Shown one piece after another: positions 36,201 through 51,200 of a DNA stretch of 64,000 nt. The translations under genes were made by a program, and so were the position numbers. This DNA is from Balanoglossus misakiensis. Taxonomy: Eukaryota; Animalia; Hemichordata. The DNA lies in the NCBI GenBank assembly GCA_040954595.2, contig CM082587.2:11835262-11899261 (forward strand), in the 5' to 3' direction. The notes beneath the pieces were generated by a model, which saw only the letters and a program-made list of their open reading frames with translations, ran no database searches and was not told the DNA's origin. The first letter of the stretch is position 1, and each line of letters opens with the position of its first letter.

Positions 36201-39200
36201 GAACTCATCTGCTGTGGGCCAGTTTATTGGTGGCAGTTGAGCTGAGGAGAGCACCTTCCTTCCCGGGACGCCACCAAGTAAAGTTCCACGCCGCCCACCA
36301 CAGATGCCAGCATTCATTCATGCGAGTGAGTGTAATTGCAAATTTGCCTATTCTAGATTCTTACGTGCCATTGGAGAGCTCCATTGACTGGTCATTCATA
36401 CTGTTTTCATTCATTCATTGCGGCATCAATATATTTTATCTATTCTAGCCAAAGAGCTTGGCACCTGTTGAAATGAACTCATCTGCTGTGGGCCAGTTTA
36501 TTGGTGGCAGTTGAGCTGAGGAGAGCACCTTCCTTCCCGGCACGCCACCAAGTAAAGTTCCACGCCGCCCACCACAGATGCCAGCATTCATTCATGCGAG
36601 TGAGTGTAATTGCAAATTTGCCTATTCTAGATCTGTAATGGAAATGGAGAAAGTACCTTATATTTTCTGTAAAATAGACATTTAATTGGCAAGCCGTCCT
36701 GCATCAATTATGAATTGTGTACATGCACTAAAGCGCCCTCACTGCTGGGTGTGTTGTATGGTCTTTAACCCTGTTTCAAATTAGAGTACTTTCTGCAATT
36801 TCAAGACAGATCTTACGTGCCATTGGAGAGCTCCATTGACTGGTCATTCATACTGTTTTCATTCATTCATTGCGGCATCAATATATTTTATCTATTCTAG
36901 CCAAAGAGCTTGGCACCTGTTGAAATGAACTCATCTGCTGTGGGCCAGTTTATTGGTGGCAGTTGAGCTGAGGAGAGCACCTTCCTTCCCGGCACGCCAC
37001 CAAGTAAAGTTCCACGCCGCCCACCACAGATGCCAGCATTCATTCATGCGAGTGAGTGTAATTGCAAATTTGCCTATTCTAGATCTGTAATGGAAATGGA
37101 GAAAGTACCTTATATTTTCTGTAAAATAGACATTTAATTGGCAAGCCGTCCTGCATCAATTATGAATTGTGTACATGCACTAAAGCGCCCTCACTGCTGG
37201 GTGTGTTGTATGGTCTTTAACCCTGTTTCAAATTAGAGTACTTTCTGCAATTTCAAGACAGATCTTACGTGCCATTGGAGAGCTCCATTGACTGGTCATT
37301 CATACTGTTTTCATTCATTCATTGCGGCATCAATATATTTTATGTATTCTAGCCAAAGAGCTTGGCACCTGTTGAAATGAACTCATCTGCTGTGGGCCAG
37401 TTTATTGGTGGCAGTTGAGCTGAGGAGAGCACCTTCCTTCCCGGCACGCCACCAAGTAAAGTTCCACGCCGCCCACCACAGATGCCAGCATTCATTCATG
37501 CGAGTGAGTGTAATTGCAAATTTGCCTATTCTAGATCTGTAATGGAAATGGAGAAAGTACCTTATATTTTCTGTAAAATAGACATTTAATTGGCAAGCCG
37601 TCCTGCATCAATTATTAATTGTGTACATGCACTAAAGCGCCCTCACTGCTGGGTGTGTTGTATGGTCTTTAACCCTGTTTCAAATTAGAGTACTTTCTGC
37701 AATTTCAAGACAGATCTTACGTGCCATTGGAGAGCTCCATTGACTGGTCATTCATACTGTTTTCATTCATTCATTGCGGCATCAATATATTTTATCTATT
37801 CTAGCCAAAGAGCTTGGCACCTGTTGAAATGAACTCATCTGCTGTGGGCCAGTTTATTGGTGGCAGTTGAGTTGAGGAGAGCACCTTCCTTCCCGGCACG
37901 CCACCAAGTAAAGTTCCACGCCGCCCACCACAGATGCCAGCATTCATTCATGCGAGTGAGTGTAATTGCAAATTTGCCTATTCTAGAATTCTTACGTGCC
38001 ATTGGAGAGCTCCATTGACTGGTCATTCATACTGTTTTCATTCATTCATTGCGGCATCAATATATTTTATGTATTCTAGCCAAAGAGCTTGGCACCTGTT
38101 GAAATGAACTCATCTGCTGTGGGCCAGTTTATTGGTGGCAGTTGAGCTGAGGAGAGCACCTTCCTTCCCGGCACGCCACCAAGTAAAGTTCCACGCCGCC
38201 CACCACAGATGCCAGCATTCATTCATGCGAGTGAGTGTAATTGCAAATTTGCCTATTCTAGATCTGTAATGGAAATGGAGAAAGTACCTTATATTTTCTG
38301 TAAAATAGACATTTAATTGGCAAGCCGTCCTGCATCAATTATGAATTGTGTACATGCACTAAAGCGCCCTCACTGCTGGGTGTGTTGTATGGTCTTTAAC
38401 CCTGTTTCAAATTAGAGTACTTTCTGCAATTTCAAGACAGATCTTACGTGCCATTGGAGAGCTCCATTGACTGGTCATTCATACTGTTTTCATTCATTCA
38501 TTGTGGCATCAATATATTTTATCTATTCTAGCCAAAGAGCTTGGCACCTGTTGAAATGAACTCATCTGCTGTGGGCCAGTTTATTGGTGGCAGTTGAGCT
38601 GAGGAGAGCACCTTCCTTCCCGGCACGCCACCAAGTAAAGTTCCACGCCGCCCACCACAGATGCCAGCATTCATTCATGCGAGTGAGTGTAATTGCAAAT
38701 TTGCCTATTCTAGAATTACGTGCCATTGGAGAGCTCCATTGACTGGTCATTCATACTGTTTTCATTCATTCATTGCGGCATCAATATATTTTATCTATTC
38801 TAGCCAAAGAGCTTGGCACCTGTTGAAATGAACTCATCTGCTGTGGGCCAGTTTATTGGTGGCAGTTGAGCTGAGGAGAGCACCTTCCTTCCCGGCACGC
38901 CACCAAGTAAAGTTCCACGCCGCCCACCACAGATGCCAGCATTCATTCATGCGAGTGAGTGTAATTGCAAATTTGCCTATTCTAGATCTGTAATGGAAAT
39001 GGAGAAAGTACCTTATATTTTCTGTAAAATAGACATTTAATTGGCAAGCCGTCCTGCATCAATTATTAATTGTGTACATGCACTAAAGCGCCCTCACTGC
39101 TGGGTGTGTTGTATGGTCTTTAACCCTGTTTCAAATTAGAGTACTTTCTGCAATTTCAAGACAGATCTTACGTGCCATTGGAGAGCTCCATTGACTGGTC

Positions 39201-42200
39201 ATTCATACTGTTTTCATTCATTCATTGCGGCATCAATATATTTTATCTATTCTAGCCAAAGAGCTTGGCACCTGTTGAAATGAACTCATCTGCTGTGGGC
39301 CAGTTTATTGGTGGCAGTTGAGCTGAGAAGAGCACCTTCCTTCCCGGCACGCCACCAAGTAAAGTTCCACGCCGCCCACCACAGATGCCAGCATTCATTC
39401 ATGCGAGTGAGTGTAATTGCAAATTTGCCTATTCTAGATCTGTAATGGAAATGGAGAAAGTACCTTATATTTTCTGTAAAATAGACATTTAATTGGCAAG
39501 CCGTCCTGCATCAATTATGAATTGTGTACATGCACTAAAGCGCCCTCACTGCTGGGTGTGTTGTATGGTCTTTAACCCTGTTTCAAATTAGAGTACTTTC
39601 TGCAATTTCAAGACAGATCTTACGTGCCATTGGAGAGCTCCATTGACTGGTCATTCATACTGTTTTCATTCATTCATTGCGGCATCAATATATTTTATCT
39701 ATTCTAGCCAAAGAGCTTGGCACCTGTTGAAATGAACTCATCTGCTGTGGGCCAGTTTATTGGTGGCAGTTGAGCTGAGGAGAGCACCTTCCTTCCCGGC
39801 ACGCCACCAAGTAAAGTTCCACGCCGCCCACCACAGATGCCAGCATTCATTCATGCGAGTGAGTGTAATTGCAAATTTGCCTATTCTAGATCTGTAATGG
39901 AAATGGAGAAAGTACCTTATATTTTCTGTAAAATAGACATTTAATTGGCAAGCCGTCCTGCATCAATTATGAATTGTGTACATGCACTAAAGCGCCCTCA
40001 CTGCTGGGTGTGTTGTATGGTCTTTAACCCTGTTTCAAATTAGAGTACTTTCTGCAATTTCAAGACAGATCTTACGTGCCATTGGAGAGCTCCATTGACT
40101 GGTCATTCATACTGTTTTCATTCATTCATTGCGGCATCAATATATTTTATCTATTCTAGCCAAAGAGCTTGGCACCTGTTGAAATGAACTCATCTGCTGT
40201 GGGCCAGTTTATTGGTGGCAGTTGAGCTGAGGAGAGCACCTTCCTTCCCGGCACGCCACCAAGTAAAGTTCCACGCCGCCCACCACAGATGCCAGCATTC
40301 ATTCATGCGAGTGAGTGTAATTGCAAATTTGCCTATTCTAGATCTGTAATGGAAATGGAGAAAGTACCTTATATTTTCTGTAAAATAGACATTTAATTGG
40401 CAAGCCGTCCTGCATCAATTATGAATTGTGTACATGCACTAAAGCGCCCTCACTGCTGGGTGTGTTGTATGGTCTTTAACCCTGTTTCAAATTAGAGTAC
40501 TTTCTGCAATTTCAAGACAGATCTTACGTGCCATTGGAGAGCTCCATTGACTGGTCATTCATACTGTTTTCATTCATTCATTGCGGCATCAATATATTTT
40601 ATGTATTCTAGCCAAAGAGCTTGGCACCTGTTGAAATGAACTCATCTGCTGTGGGCCAGTTTATTGGTGGCAGTTGAGCTGAGGAGAGCACCTTCCTTCC
40701 CGGCACGCCACCAAGTAAAGTTCCACGCCGCCCACCACAGATGCCAGCATTCATTCATGCGAGTGAGTGTAATTGCAAATTTGCCTATTCTAGATCTGTA
40801 ATGGAAATGGAGAAAGTACCTTATATTTTCTGTAAAATAGACATTTAATTGGCAAGCCGTCCTGCATCAATTATTAATTGTGTACATGCACTAAAGCGCC
40901 CTCACTGCTGGGTGTGTTGTATGGTCTTTAACCCTGTTTCAAATTAGAGTACTTTCTGCAATTTCAAGACAGATCTTACGTGCCATTGGAGAGCTCCATT
41001 GACTGGTCATTCATACTGTTTTCATTCATTCATTGCGGCATCAATATATTTTATCTATTCTAGCCAAAGAGCTTGGCACCTGTTGAAATGAACTCATCTG
41101 CTGTGGGCCAGTTTATTGGTGGCAGTTGAGCTGAGGAGAGCACCTTCCTTCCCGGCACGCCACCAAGTAAAGTTCCACGCCGCCCACCACAGATGCCAGC
41201 ATTCATTCATGCGAGTGAGTGTAATTGCAAATTTGCCTATTCTAGAATTACGTGCCATTGGAGAGCTCCATTGACTGGTCATTCATACTGTTTTCATTCA
41301 TTCATTGCGGCATCAATATATTTTATCTATTCTAGCCAAAGAGCTTGGCACCTGTTGAAATGAACTCATCTGCTGTGGGCCAGTTTATTGGTGGCAGTTG
41401 AGCTGAGGAGAGCACCTTCCTTCCCGGCACGCCACCAAGTAAAGTTCCACGCCGCCCACCACAGATGCCAGCATTCATTCATGCGAGTGAGTGTAATTGC
41501 AAATTTGCCTATTCTAGATCTGTAATGGAAATGGAGAAAGTACCTTATATTTTCTGTAAAATAGACATTTAATTGGCAAGCCGTCCTGCATCAATTATGA
41601 ATTGTGTACATGCACTAAAGCGCCCTCACTGCTGGGTGTGTTGTATGGTCTTTAACCCTGTTTCAAATTAGAGTACTTTCTGCAATTTCAAGACAGATCT
41701 TACGTGCCATTGGAGAGCTCCATTGACTGGTCATTCATACTGTTTTCATTCATTCATTGCGGCATCAATATATTTTATCTATTCTAGCCAAAGAGCTTGG
41801 CACCTGTTGAAATGAACTCATCTGCTGTGGGCCAGTTTATTGGTGGCAGTTGAGCTGAGGAGAGCACCTTCCTTCCCGGCACGCCACCAAGTAAAGTTCC
41901 ACGCCGCCCACCACAGATGCCAGCATTCATTCATGCGAGTGAGTGTAATTGCAAATTTGCCTATTCTAGAATCTTACGTGCCATTGGAGAGCTCCATTGA
42001 CTGGTCATTCATACTGTTTTCATTCATTCATTGCGGCATCAATATATTTTATCTATTCTAGCCAAAGAGCTTGGCACCTGTTGAAATGAACTCATCTGCT
42101 GTGGGCCAGTTTATTGGTGGCAGTTGAGCTGAGGAGAGCACCTTCCTTCCCGGCACGCCACCAAGTAAAGTTCCACGCCGCCCACCACAGATGCCAGCAT

Positions 42201-45200
42201 TCATTCATGCGAGTGAGTGTAATTGCAAATTTGCCTATTCTAGATCTGTAATGGAAATGGAGAAAGTACCTTATATTTTCTGTAAAATAGACATTTAATT
42301 GGCAAGCCGTCCTGCATCAATTATTAATTGTGTACATGCACTAAAGCGCCCTCACTGCTGGGTGTGTTGTATGGTCTTTAACCCTGTTTCAAATTAGAGT
42401 ACTTTCTGCAATTTCAAGACAGATCTTACGTGCCATTGGAGAGCTCCATTGACTGGTCATTCATACTGTTTTCATTCATTCATTGCGGCATCAATATATT
42501 TTATCTATTCTAGCCAAAGAGCTTGGCACCTGTTGAAATGAACTCATCTGCTGTGGGCCAGTTTATTGGTGGCAGTTGAGCTGAGAAGAGCACCTTCCTT
42601 CCCGGCACGCCACCAAGTAAAGTTCCACGCCGCCCACCACAGATGCCAGCATTCATTCATGCGAGTGAGTGTAATTGCAAATTTGCCTATTCTAGATCTG
42701 TAATGGAAATGGAGAAAGTACCTTATATTTTCTGTAAAATAGACATTTAATTGGCAAGCCGTCCTGCATCAATTATGAATTGTGTACATGCACTAAAGCG
42801 CCCTCACTGCTGGGTGTGTTGTATGGTCTTTAACCCTGTTTCAAATTAGAGTACTTTCTGCAATTTCAAGACAGATCTTACGTGCCATTGGAGAGCTCCA
42901 TTGACTGGTCATTCATACTGTTTTCATTCATTCATTGCGGCATCAATATATTTTATCTATTCTAGCCAAAGAGCTTGGCACCTGTTGAAATGAACTCATC
43001 TGCTGTGGGCCAGTTTATTGGTGGCAGTTGAGCTGAGGAGAGCACCTTCCTTCCCGGCACGCCACCAAGTAAAGTTCCACGCCGCCCACCACAGATGCCA
43101 GCATTCATTCATGCGAGTGAGTGTAATTGCAAATTTGCCTATTCTAGATCTGTAATGGAAATGGAGAAAGTACCTTATATTTTCTGTAAAATAGACATTT
43201 AATTGGCAAGCCGTCCTGCATCAATTATGAATTGTGTACATGCACTAAAGCGCCCTCACTGCTGGGTGTGTTGTATGGTCTTTAACCCTGTTTCAAATTA
43301 GAGTACTTTCTGCAATTTCAAGACAGATCTTACGTGCCATTGGAGAGCTCCATTGACTGGTCATTCATACTGTTTTCATTCATTCATTGCGGCATCAATA
43401 TATTTTATCTATTCTAGCCAAAGAGCTTGGCACCTGTTGAAATGAACTCATCTGCTGTGGGCCAGTTTATTGGTGGCAGTTGAGCTGAGGAGAGCACCTT
43501 CCTTCCCGGCACGCCACCAAGTAAAGTTCCACGCCGCCCACCACAGATGCCAGCATTCATTCATGCGAGTGAGTGTAATTGCAAATTTGCCTATTCTAGA
43601 TCTGTAATGGAAATGGAGAAAGTACCTTATATTTTCTGTAAAATAGACATTTAATTGGCAAGCCGTCCTGCATCAATTATGAATTGTGTACATGCACTAA
43701 AGCGCCCTCACTGCTGGGTGTGTTGTATGGTCTTTAACCCTGTTTCAAATTAGAGTACTTTCTGCAATTTCAAGACAGATCTTACGTGCCATTGGAGAGC
43801 TCCATTGACTGGTCATTCATACTGTTTTCATTCATTCATTGCGGCATCAATATATTTTATCTATTCTAGCCAAAGAGCTTGGCACCTGTTGAAATGAACT
43901 CATCTGCTGTGGGCCAGTTTATTGGTGGCAGTTGAGCTGAGAAGAGCACCTTCCTTCCCGGCACGCCACCAAGTAAAGTTCCACGCCGCCCACCACAGAT
44001 GCCAGCATTCATTCATGCGAGTGAGTGTAATTGCAAATTTGCCTATTCTAGAATCTTACGTGCCATTGGAGAGCTCCATTGACTGGTCATTCATACTGTT
44101 TTCATTCATTCATTGCGGCATCAATATATTTTATCTATTCTAGCCAAAGAGCTTGGCACCTGTTGAAATGAACTCATCTGCTGTGGGCCAGTTTATTGGT
44201 GGCAGTTGAGCTGAGGAGAGCACCTTCCTTCCCGGGACGCCACCAAGTAAAGTTCCACGCCGCCCACCACAGATGCCAGCATTCATTCATGCGAGTGAGT
44301 GTAATTGCAAATTTGCCTATTCTAGATTCTTACGTGCCATTGGAGAGCTCCATTGACTGGTCATTCATACTGTTTTCATTCATTCATTGCGGCATCAATA
44401 TATTTTATCTATTCTAGCCAAAGAGCTTGGCACCTGTTGAAATGAACTCATCTGCTGTGGGCCAGTTTATTGGTGGCAGTTGAGCTGAGGAGAGCACCTT
44501 CCTTCCCGGCACGCCACCAAGTAAAGTTCCACGCCGCCCACCACAGATGCCAGCATTCATTCATGCGAGTGAGTGTAATTGCAAATTTGCCTATTCTAGA
44601 TCTGTAATGGAAATGGAGAAAGTACCTTATATTTTCTGTAAAATAGACATTTAATTGGCAAGCCGTCCTGCATCAATTATTAATTGTGTACATGCACTAA
44701 AGCGCCCTCACTGCTGGGTGTGTTGTATGGTCTTTAACCCTGTTTCAAATTAGAGTACTTTCTGCAATTTCAAGACAGATCTTACGTGCCATTGGAGAGC
44801 TCCATTGACTGGTCATTCATACTGTTTTCATTCATTCATTGCGGCATCAATATATTTTATCTATTCTAGCCAAAGAGCTTGGCACCTGTTGAAATGAACT
44901 CATCTGCTGTGGGCCAGTTTATTGGTGGCAGTTGAGCTGAGGAGAGCACCTTCCTTCCCGGCACGCCACCAAGTAAAGTTCCACGCCGCCCACCACAGAT
45001 GCCAGCATTCATTCATGCGAGTGAGTGTAATTGCAAATTTGCCTATTCTAGAATTACGTGCCATTGGAGAGCTCCATTGACTGGTCATTCATACTGTTTT
45101 CATTCATTCATTGCGGCATCAATATATTTTATCTATTCTAGCCAAAGAGCTTGGCACCTGTTGAAATGAACTCATCTGCTGTGGGCCAGTTTATTGGTGG

Positions 45201-48200
45201 CAGTTGAGCTGAGGAGAGCACCTTCCTTCCCGGCACGCCACCAAGTAAAGTTCCACGCCGCCCACCACAGATGCCAGCATTCATTCATGCGAGTGAGTGT
45301 AATTGCAAATTTGCCTATTCTAGATCTGTAATGGAAATGGAGAAAGTACCTTATATTTTCTGTAAAATAGACATTTAATTGGCAAGCCGTCCTGCATCAA
45401 TTATGAATTGTGTACATGCACTAAAGCGCCCTCACTGCTGGGTGTGTTGTATGGTCTTTAACCCTGTTTCAAATTAGAGTACTTTCTGCAATTTCAAGAC
45501 AGATCTTACGTGCCATTGGAGAGCTCCATTGACTGGTCATTCATACTGTTTTCATTCATTCATTGCGGCATCAATATATTTTATCTATTCTAGCCAAAGA
45601 GCTTGGCACCTGTTGAAATGAACTCATCTGCTGTGGGCCAGTTTATTGGTGGCAGTTGAGCTGAGGAGAGCACCTTCCTTCCCGGCACGCCACCAAGTAA
45701 AGTTCCACGCCGCCCACCACAGATGCCAGCATTCATTCATGCGAGTGAGTGTAATTGCAAATTTGCCTATTCTAGATCTGTAATGGAAATGGAGAAAGTA
45801 CCTTATATTTTCTGTAAAATAGACATTTAATTGGCAAGCCGTCCTGCATCAATTATGAATTGTGTACATGCACTAAAGCGCCCTCACTGCTGGGTGTGTT
45901 GTATGGTCTTTAACCCTGTTTCAAATTAGAGTACTTTCTGCAATTTCAAGACAGATCTTACGTGCCATTGGAGAGCTCCATTGACTGGTCATTCATACTG
46001 TTTTCATTCATTCATTTCGGCATCAATATATTTTATCTATTCTAGCCAAAGAGCTTGGCACCTGTTGAAATGAACTCATCTGCTGTGGGCCAGTTTATTG
46101 GTGGCAGTTGAGCTGAGGAGAGCACCTTCCTTCCCGGCACGCCACCAAGTAAAGTTCCACGCCGCCCACCACAGATGCCAGCATTCATTCATGCGAGTGA
46201 GTGTAATTGCAAATTTGCCTATTCTAGATCTGTAATGGAAATGGAGAAAGTACCTTATATTTTCTGTAAAATAGACATTTAATTGGCAAGCCGTCCTGCA
46301 TCAATTATGAATTGTGTACATGCACTAAAGCGCCCTCACTGCTGGGTGTGTTGTATGGTCTTTAACCCTGTTTCAAATTAGAGTACTTTCTGCAATTTCA
46401 AGACAGATCTTACGTGCCATTGGAGAGCTCCATTGACTGGTCATTCATACTGTTTTCATTCATTCATTGCGGCATCAATATATTTTATCTATTCTAGCCA
46501 AAGAGCTTGGCACCTGTTGAAATGAACTCATCTGCTGTGGGCCAGTTTATTGGTGGCAGTTGAGCTGAGGAGAGCACCTTCCTTCCCGGCACGCCACCAA
46601 GTAAAGTTCCACGCCGCCCACCACAGATGCCAGCATTCATTCATGCGAGTGAGTGTAATTGCAAATTTGCCTATTCTAGATTCTTACGTGCCATTGGAGA
46701 GCTCCATTGACTGGTCATTCATACTGTTTTCATTCATTCATTGCGGCATCAATATATTTTATCTATTCTAGCCAAAGAGCTTGGCACCTGTTGAAATGAA
46801 CTCATCTGCTGTGGGCCAGTTTATTGGTGGCAGTTGAGCTGAGGAGAGCACCTTCCTTCCCGGCACGCCACCAAGTAAAGTTCCACGCCGCCCACCACAG
46901 ATGCCAGCATTCATTCATGCGAGTGAGTGTAATTGCAAATTTGCCTATTCTAGATCTGTAATGGAAATGGAGAAAGTACCTTATATTTTCTGTAAAATAG
47001 ACATTTAATTGGCAAGCCGTCCTGCATCAATTATTAATTGTGTACATGCACTAAAGCGCCCTCACTGCTGGGTGTGTTGTATGGTCTTTAACCCTGTTTC
47101 AAATTAGAGTACTTTCTGCAATTTCAAGACAGATCTTACGTGCCATTGGAGAGCTCCATTGACTGGTCATTCATACTGTTTTCATTCATTCATTGCGGCA
47201 TCAATATATTTTATCTATTCTAGCCAAAGAGCTTGGCACCTGTTGAAATGAACTCATCTGCTGTGGGCCAGTTTATTGGTGGCAGTTGAGCTGAGAAGAG
47301 CACCTTCCTTCCCGGCACGCCACCAAGTAAAGTTCCACGCCGCCCACCACAGATGCCAGCATTCATTCATGCGAGTGAGTGTAATTGCAAATTTGCCTAT
47401 TCTAGATCTGTAATGGAAATGGAGAAAGTACCTTATATTTTCTGTAAAATAGACATTTAATTGGCAAGCCGTCCTGCATCAATTATGAATTGTGTACATG
47501 CACTAAAGCGCCCTCACTGCTGGGTGTGTTGTATGGTCTTTAACCCTGTTTCAAATTAGAGTACTTTCTGCAATTTCAAGACAGATCTTACGTGCCATTG
47601 GAGAGCTCCATTGACTGGTCATTCATACTGTTTTCATTCATTCATTGCGGCATCAATATATTTTATCTATTCTAGCCAAAGAGCTTGGCACCTGTTGAAA
47701 TGAACTCATCTGCTGTGGGCCAGTTTATTGGTGGCAGTTGAGCTGAGGAGAGCACCTTCCTTCCCGGCACGCCACCAAGTAAAGTTCCACGCCGCCCACC
47801 ACAGATGCCAGCATTCATTCATGCGAGTGAGTGTAATTGCAAATTTGCCTATTCTAGATCTGTAATGGAAATGGAGAAAGTACCTTATATTTTCTGTAAA
47901 ATAGACATTTAATTGGCAAGCCGTCCTGCATCAATTATGAATTGTGTACATGCACTAAAGCGCCCTCACTGCTGGGTGTGTTGTATGGTCTTTAACCCTG
48001 TTTCAAATTAGAGTACTTTCTGCAATTTCAAGACAGATCTTACGTGCCATTGGAGAGCTCCATTGACTGGTCATTCATACTGTTTTCATTCATTCATTGC
48101 GGCATCAATATATTTTATCTATTCTAGCCAAAGAGCTTGGCACCTGTTGAAATGAACTCATCTGCTGTGGGCCAGTTTATTGGTGGCAGTTGAGCTGAGG

Positions 48201-51200
48201 AGAGCACCTTCCTTCCCGGCACGCCACCAAGTAAAGTTCCACGCCGCCCACCACAGATGCCAGCATTCATTCATGCGAGTGAGTGTAATTGCAAATTTGC
48301 CTATTCTAGATCTGTAATGGAAATGGAGAAAGTACCTTATATTTTCTGTAAAATAGACATTTAATTGGCAAGCCGTCCTGCATCAATTATGAATTGTGTA
48401 CATGCACTAAAGCGCCCTCACTGCTGGGTGTGTTGTATGGTCTTTAACCCTGTTTCAAATTAGAGTACTTTCTGCAATTTCAAGACAGATCTTACGTGCC
48501 ATTGGAGAGCTCCATTGACTGGTCATTCATACTGTTTTCATTCATTCATTGCGGCATCAATATATTTTATCTATTCTAGCCAAAGAGCTTGGCACCTGTT
48601 GAAATGAACTCATCTGCTGTGGGCCAGTTTATTGGTGGCAGTTGAGCTGAGGAGAGCACCTTCCTTCCCGGCACGCCACCAAGTAAAGTTCCACGCCGCC
48701 CACCACAGATGCCAGCATTCATTCATGCGAGTGAGTGTAATTGCAAATTTGCCTATTCTAGATCTGTAATGGAAATGGAGAAAGTACCTTATATTTTCTG
48801 TAAAATAGACATTTAATTGGCAAGCCGTCCTGCATCAATTATGAATTGTGTACATGCACTAAAGCGCCCTCACTGCTGGGTGTGTTGTATGGTCTTTAAC
48901 CCTGTTTCAAATTAGAGTACTTTCTGCAATTTCAAGACAGATCTTACGTGCCATTGGAGAGCTCCATTGACTGGTCATTCATACTGTTTTCATTCATTCA
49001 TTTCGGCATCAATATATTTTATCTATTCTAGCCAAAGAGCTTGGCACCTGTTGAAATGAACTCATCTGCTGTGGGCCAGTTTATTGGTGGCAGTTGAGCT
49101 GAGAAGAGCACCTTCCTTCCCGGCACGCCACCAAGTAAAGTTCCACGCCGCCCACCACAGATGCCAGCATTCATTCATGCGAGTGAGTGTAATTGCAAAT
49201 TTGCCTATTCTAGAATCTTACGTGCCATTGGAGAGCTCCATTGACTGGTCATTCATACTGTTTTCATTCATTCATTGCGGCATCAATATATTTTATCTAT
49301 TCTAGCCAAAGAGCTTGGCACCTGTTGAAATGAACTCATCTGCTGTGGGCCAGTTTATTGGTGGCAGTTGAGCTGAGGAGAGCACCTTCCTTCCCGGGAC
49401 GCCACCAAGTAAAGTTCCACGCCGCCCACCACAGATGCCAGCATTCATTCATGCGAGTGAGTGTAATTGCAAATTTGCCTATTCTAGATTCTTACGTGCC
49501 ATTGGAGAGCTCCATTGACTGGTCATTCATACTGTTTTCATTCATTCATTGCGGCATCAATATATTTTATCTATTCTAGCCAAAGAGCTTGGCACCTGTT
49601 GAAATGAACTCATCTGCTGTGGGCCAGTTTATTGGTGGCAGTTGAGCTGAGGAGAGCACCTTCCTTCCCGGCACGCCACCAAGTAAAGTTCCACGCCGCC
49701 CACCACAGATGCCAGCATTCATTCATGCGAGTGAGTGTAATTGCAAATTTGCCTATTCTAGATCTGTAATGGAAATGGAGAAAGTACCTTATATTTTCTG
49801 TAAAATAGACATTTAATTGGCAAGCCGTCCTGCATCAATTATTAATTGTGTACATGCACTAAAGCGCCCTCACTGCTGGGTGTGTTGTATGGTCTTTAAC
49901 CCTGTTTCAAATTAGAGTACTTTCTGCAATTTCAAGACAGATCTTACGTGCCATTGGAGAGCTCCATTGACTGGTCATTCATACTGTTTTCATTCATTCA
50001 TTGCGGCATCAATATATTTTATCTATTCTAGCCAAAGAGCTTGGCACCTGTTGAAATGAACTCATCTGCTGTGGGCCAGTTTATTGGTGGCAGTTGAGCT
50101 GAGGAGAGCACCTTCCTTCCCGGCACGCCACCAAGTAAAGTTCCACGCCGCCCACCACAGATGCCAGCATTCATTCATGCGAGTGAGTGTAATTGCAAAT
50201 TTGCCTATTCTAGAATTACGTGCCATTGGAGAGCTCCATTGACTGGTCATTCATACTGTTTTCATTCATTCATTGCGGCATCAATATATTTTATCTATTC
50301 TAGCCAAAGAGCTTGGCACCTGTTGAAATGAACTCATCTGCTGTGGGCCAGTTTATTGGTGGCAGTTGAGCTGAGGAGAGCACCTTCCTTCCCGGCACGC
50401 CACCAAGTAAAGTTCCACGCCGCCCACCACAGATGCCAGCATTCATTCATGCGAGTGAGTGTAATTGCAAATTTGCCTATTCTAGATCTGTAATGGAAAT
50501 GGAGAAAGTACCTTATATTTTCTGTAAAATAGACATTTAATTGGCAAGCCGTCCTGCATCAATTATGAATTGTGTACATGCACTAAAGCGCCCTCACTGC
50601 TGGGTGTGTTGTATGGTCTTTAACCCTGTTTCAAATTAGAGTACTTTCTGCAATTTCAAGACAGATCTTACGTGCCATTGGAGAGCTCCATTGACTGGTC
50701 ATTCATACTGTTTTCATTCATTCATTGCGGCATCAATATATTTTATGTATTCTAGCCAAAGAGCTTGGCACCTGTTGAAATGAACTCATCTGCTGTGGGC
50801 CAGTTTATTGGTGGCAGTTGAGCTGAGGAGAGCACCTTCCTTCCCGGCACGCCACCAAGTAAAGTTCCACGCCGCCCACCACAGATGCCAGCATTCATTC
50901 ATGCGAGTGAGTGTAATTGCAAATTTGCCTATTCTAGATCTGTAATGGAAATGGAGAAAGTACCTTATATTTTCTGTAAAATAGACATTTAATTGGCAAG
51001 CCGTCCTGCATCAATTATTAATTGTGTACATGCACTAAAGCGCCCTCACTGCTGGGTGTGTTGTATGGTCTTTAACCCTGTTTCAAATTAGAGTACTTTC
51101 TGCAATTTCAAGACAGATCTTACGTGCCATTGGAGAGCTCCATTGACTGGTCATTCATACTGTTTTCATTCATTCATTGCGGCATCAATATATTTTATCT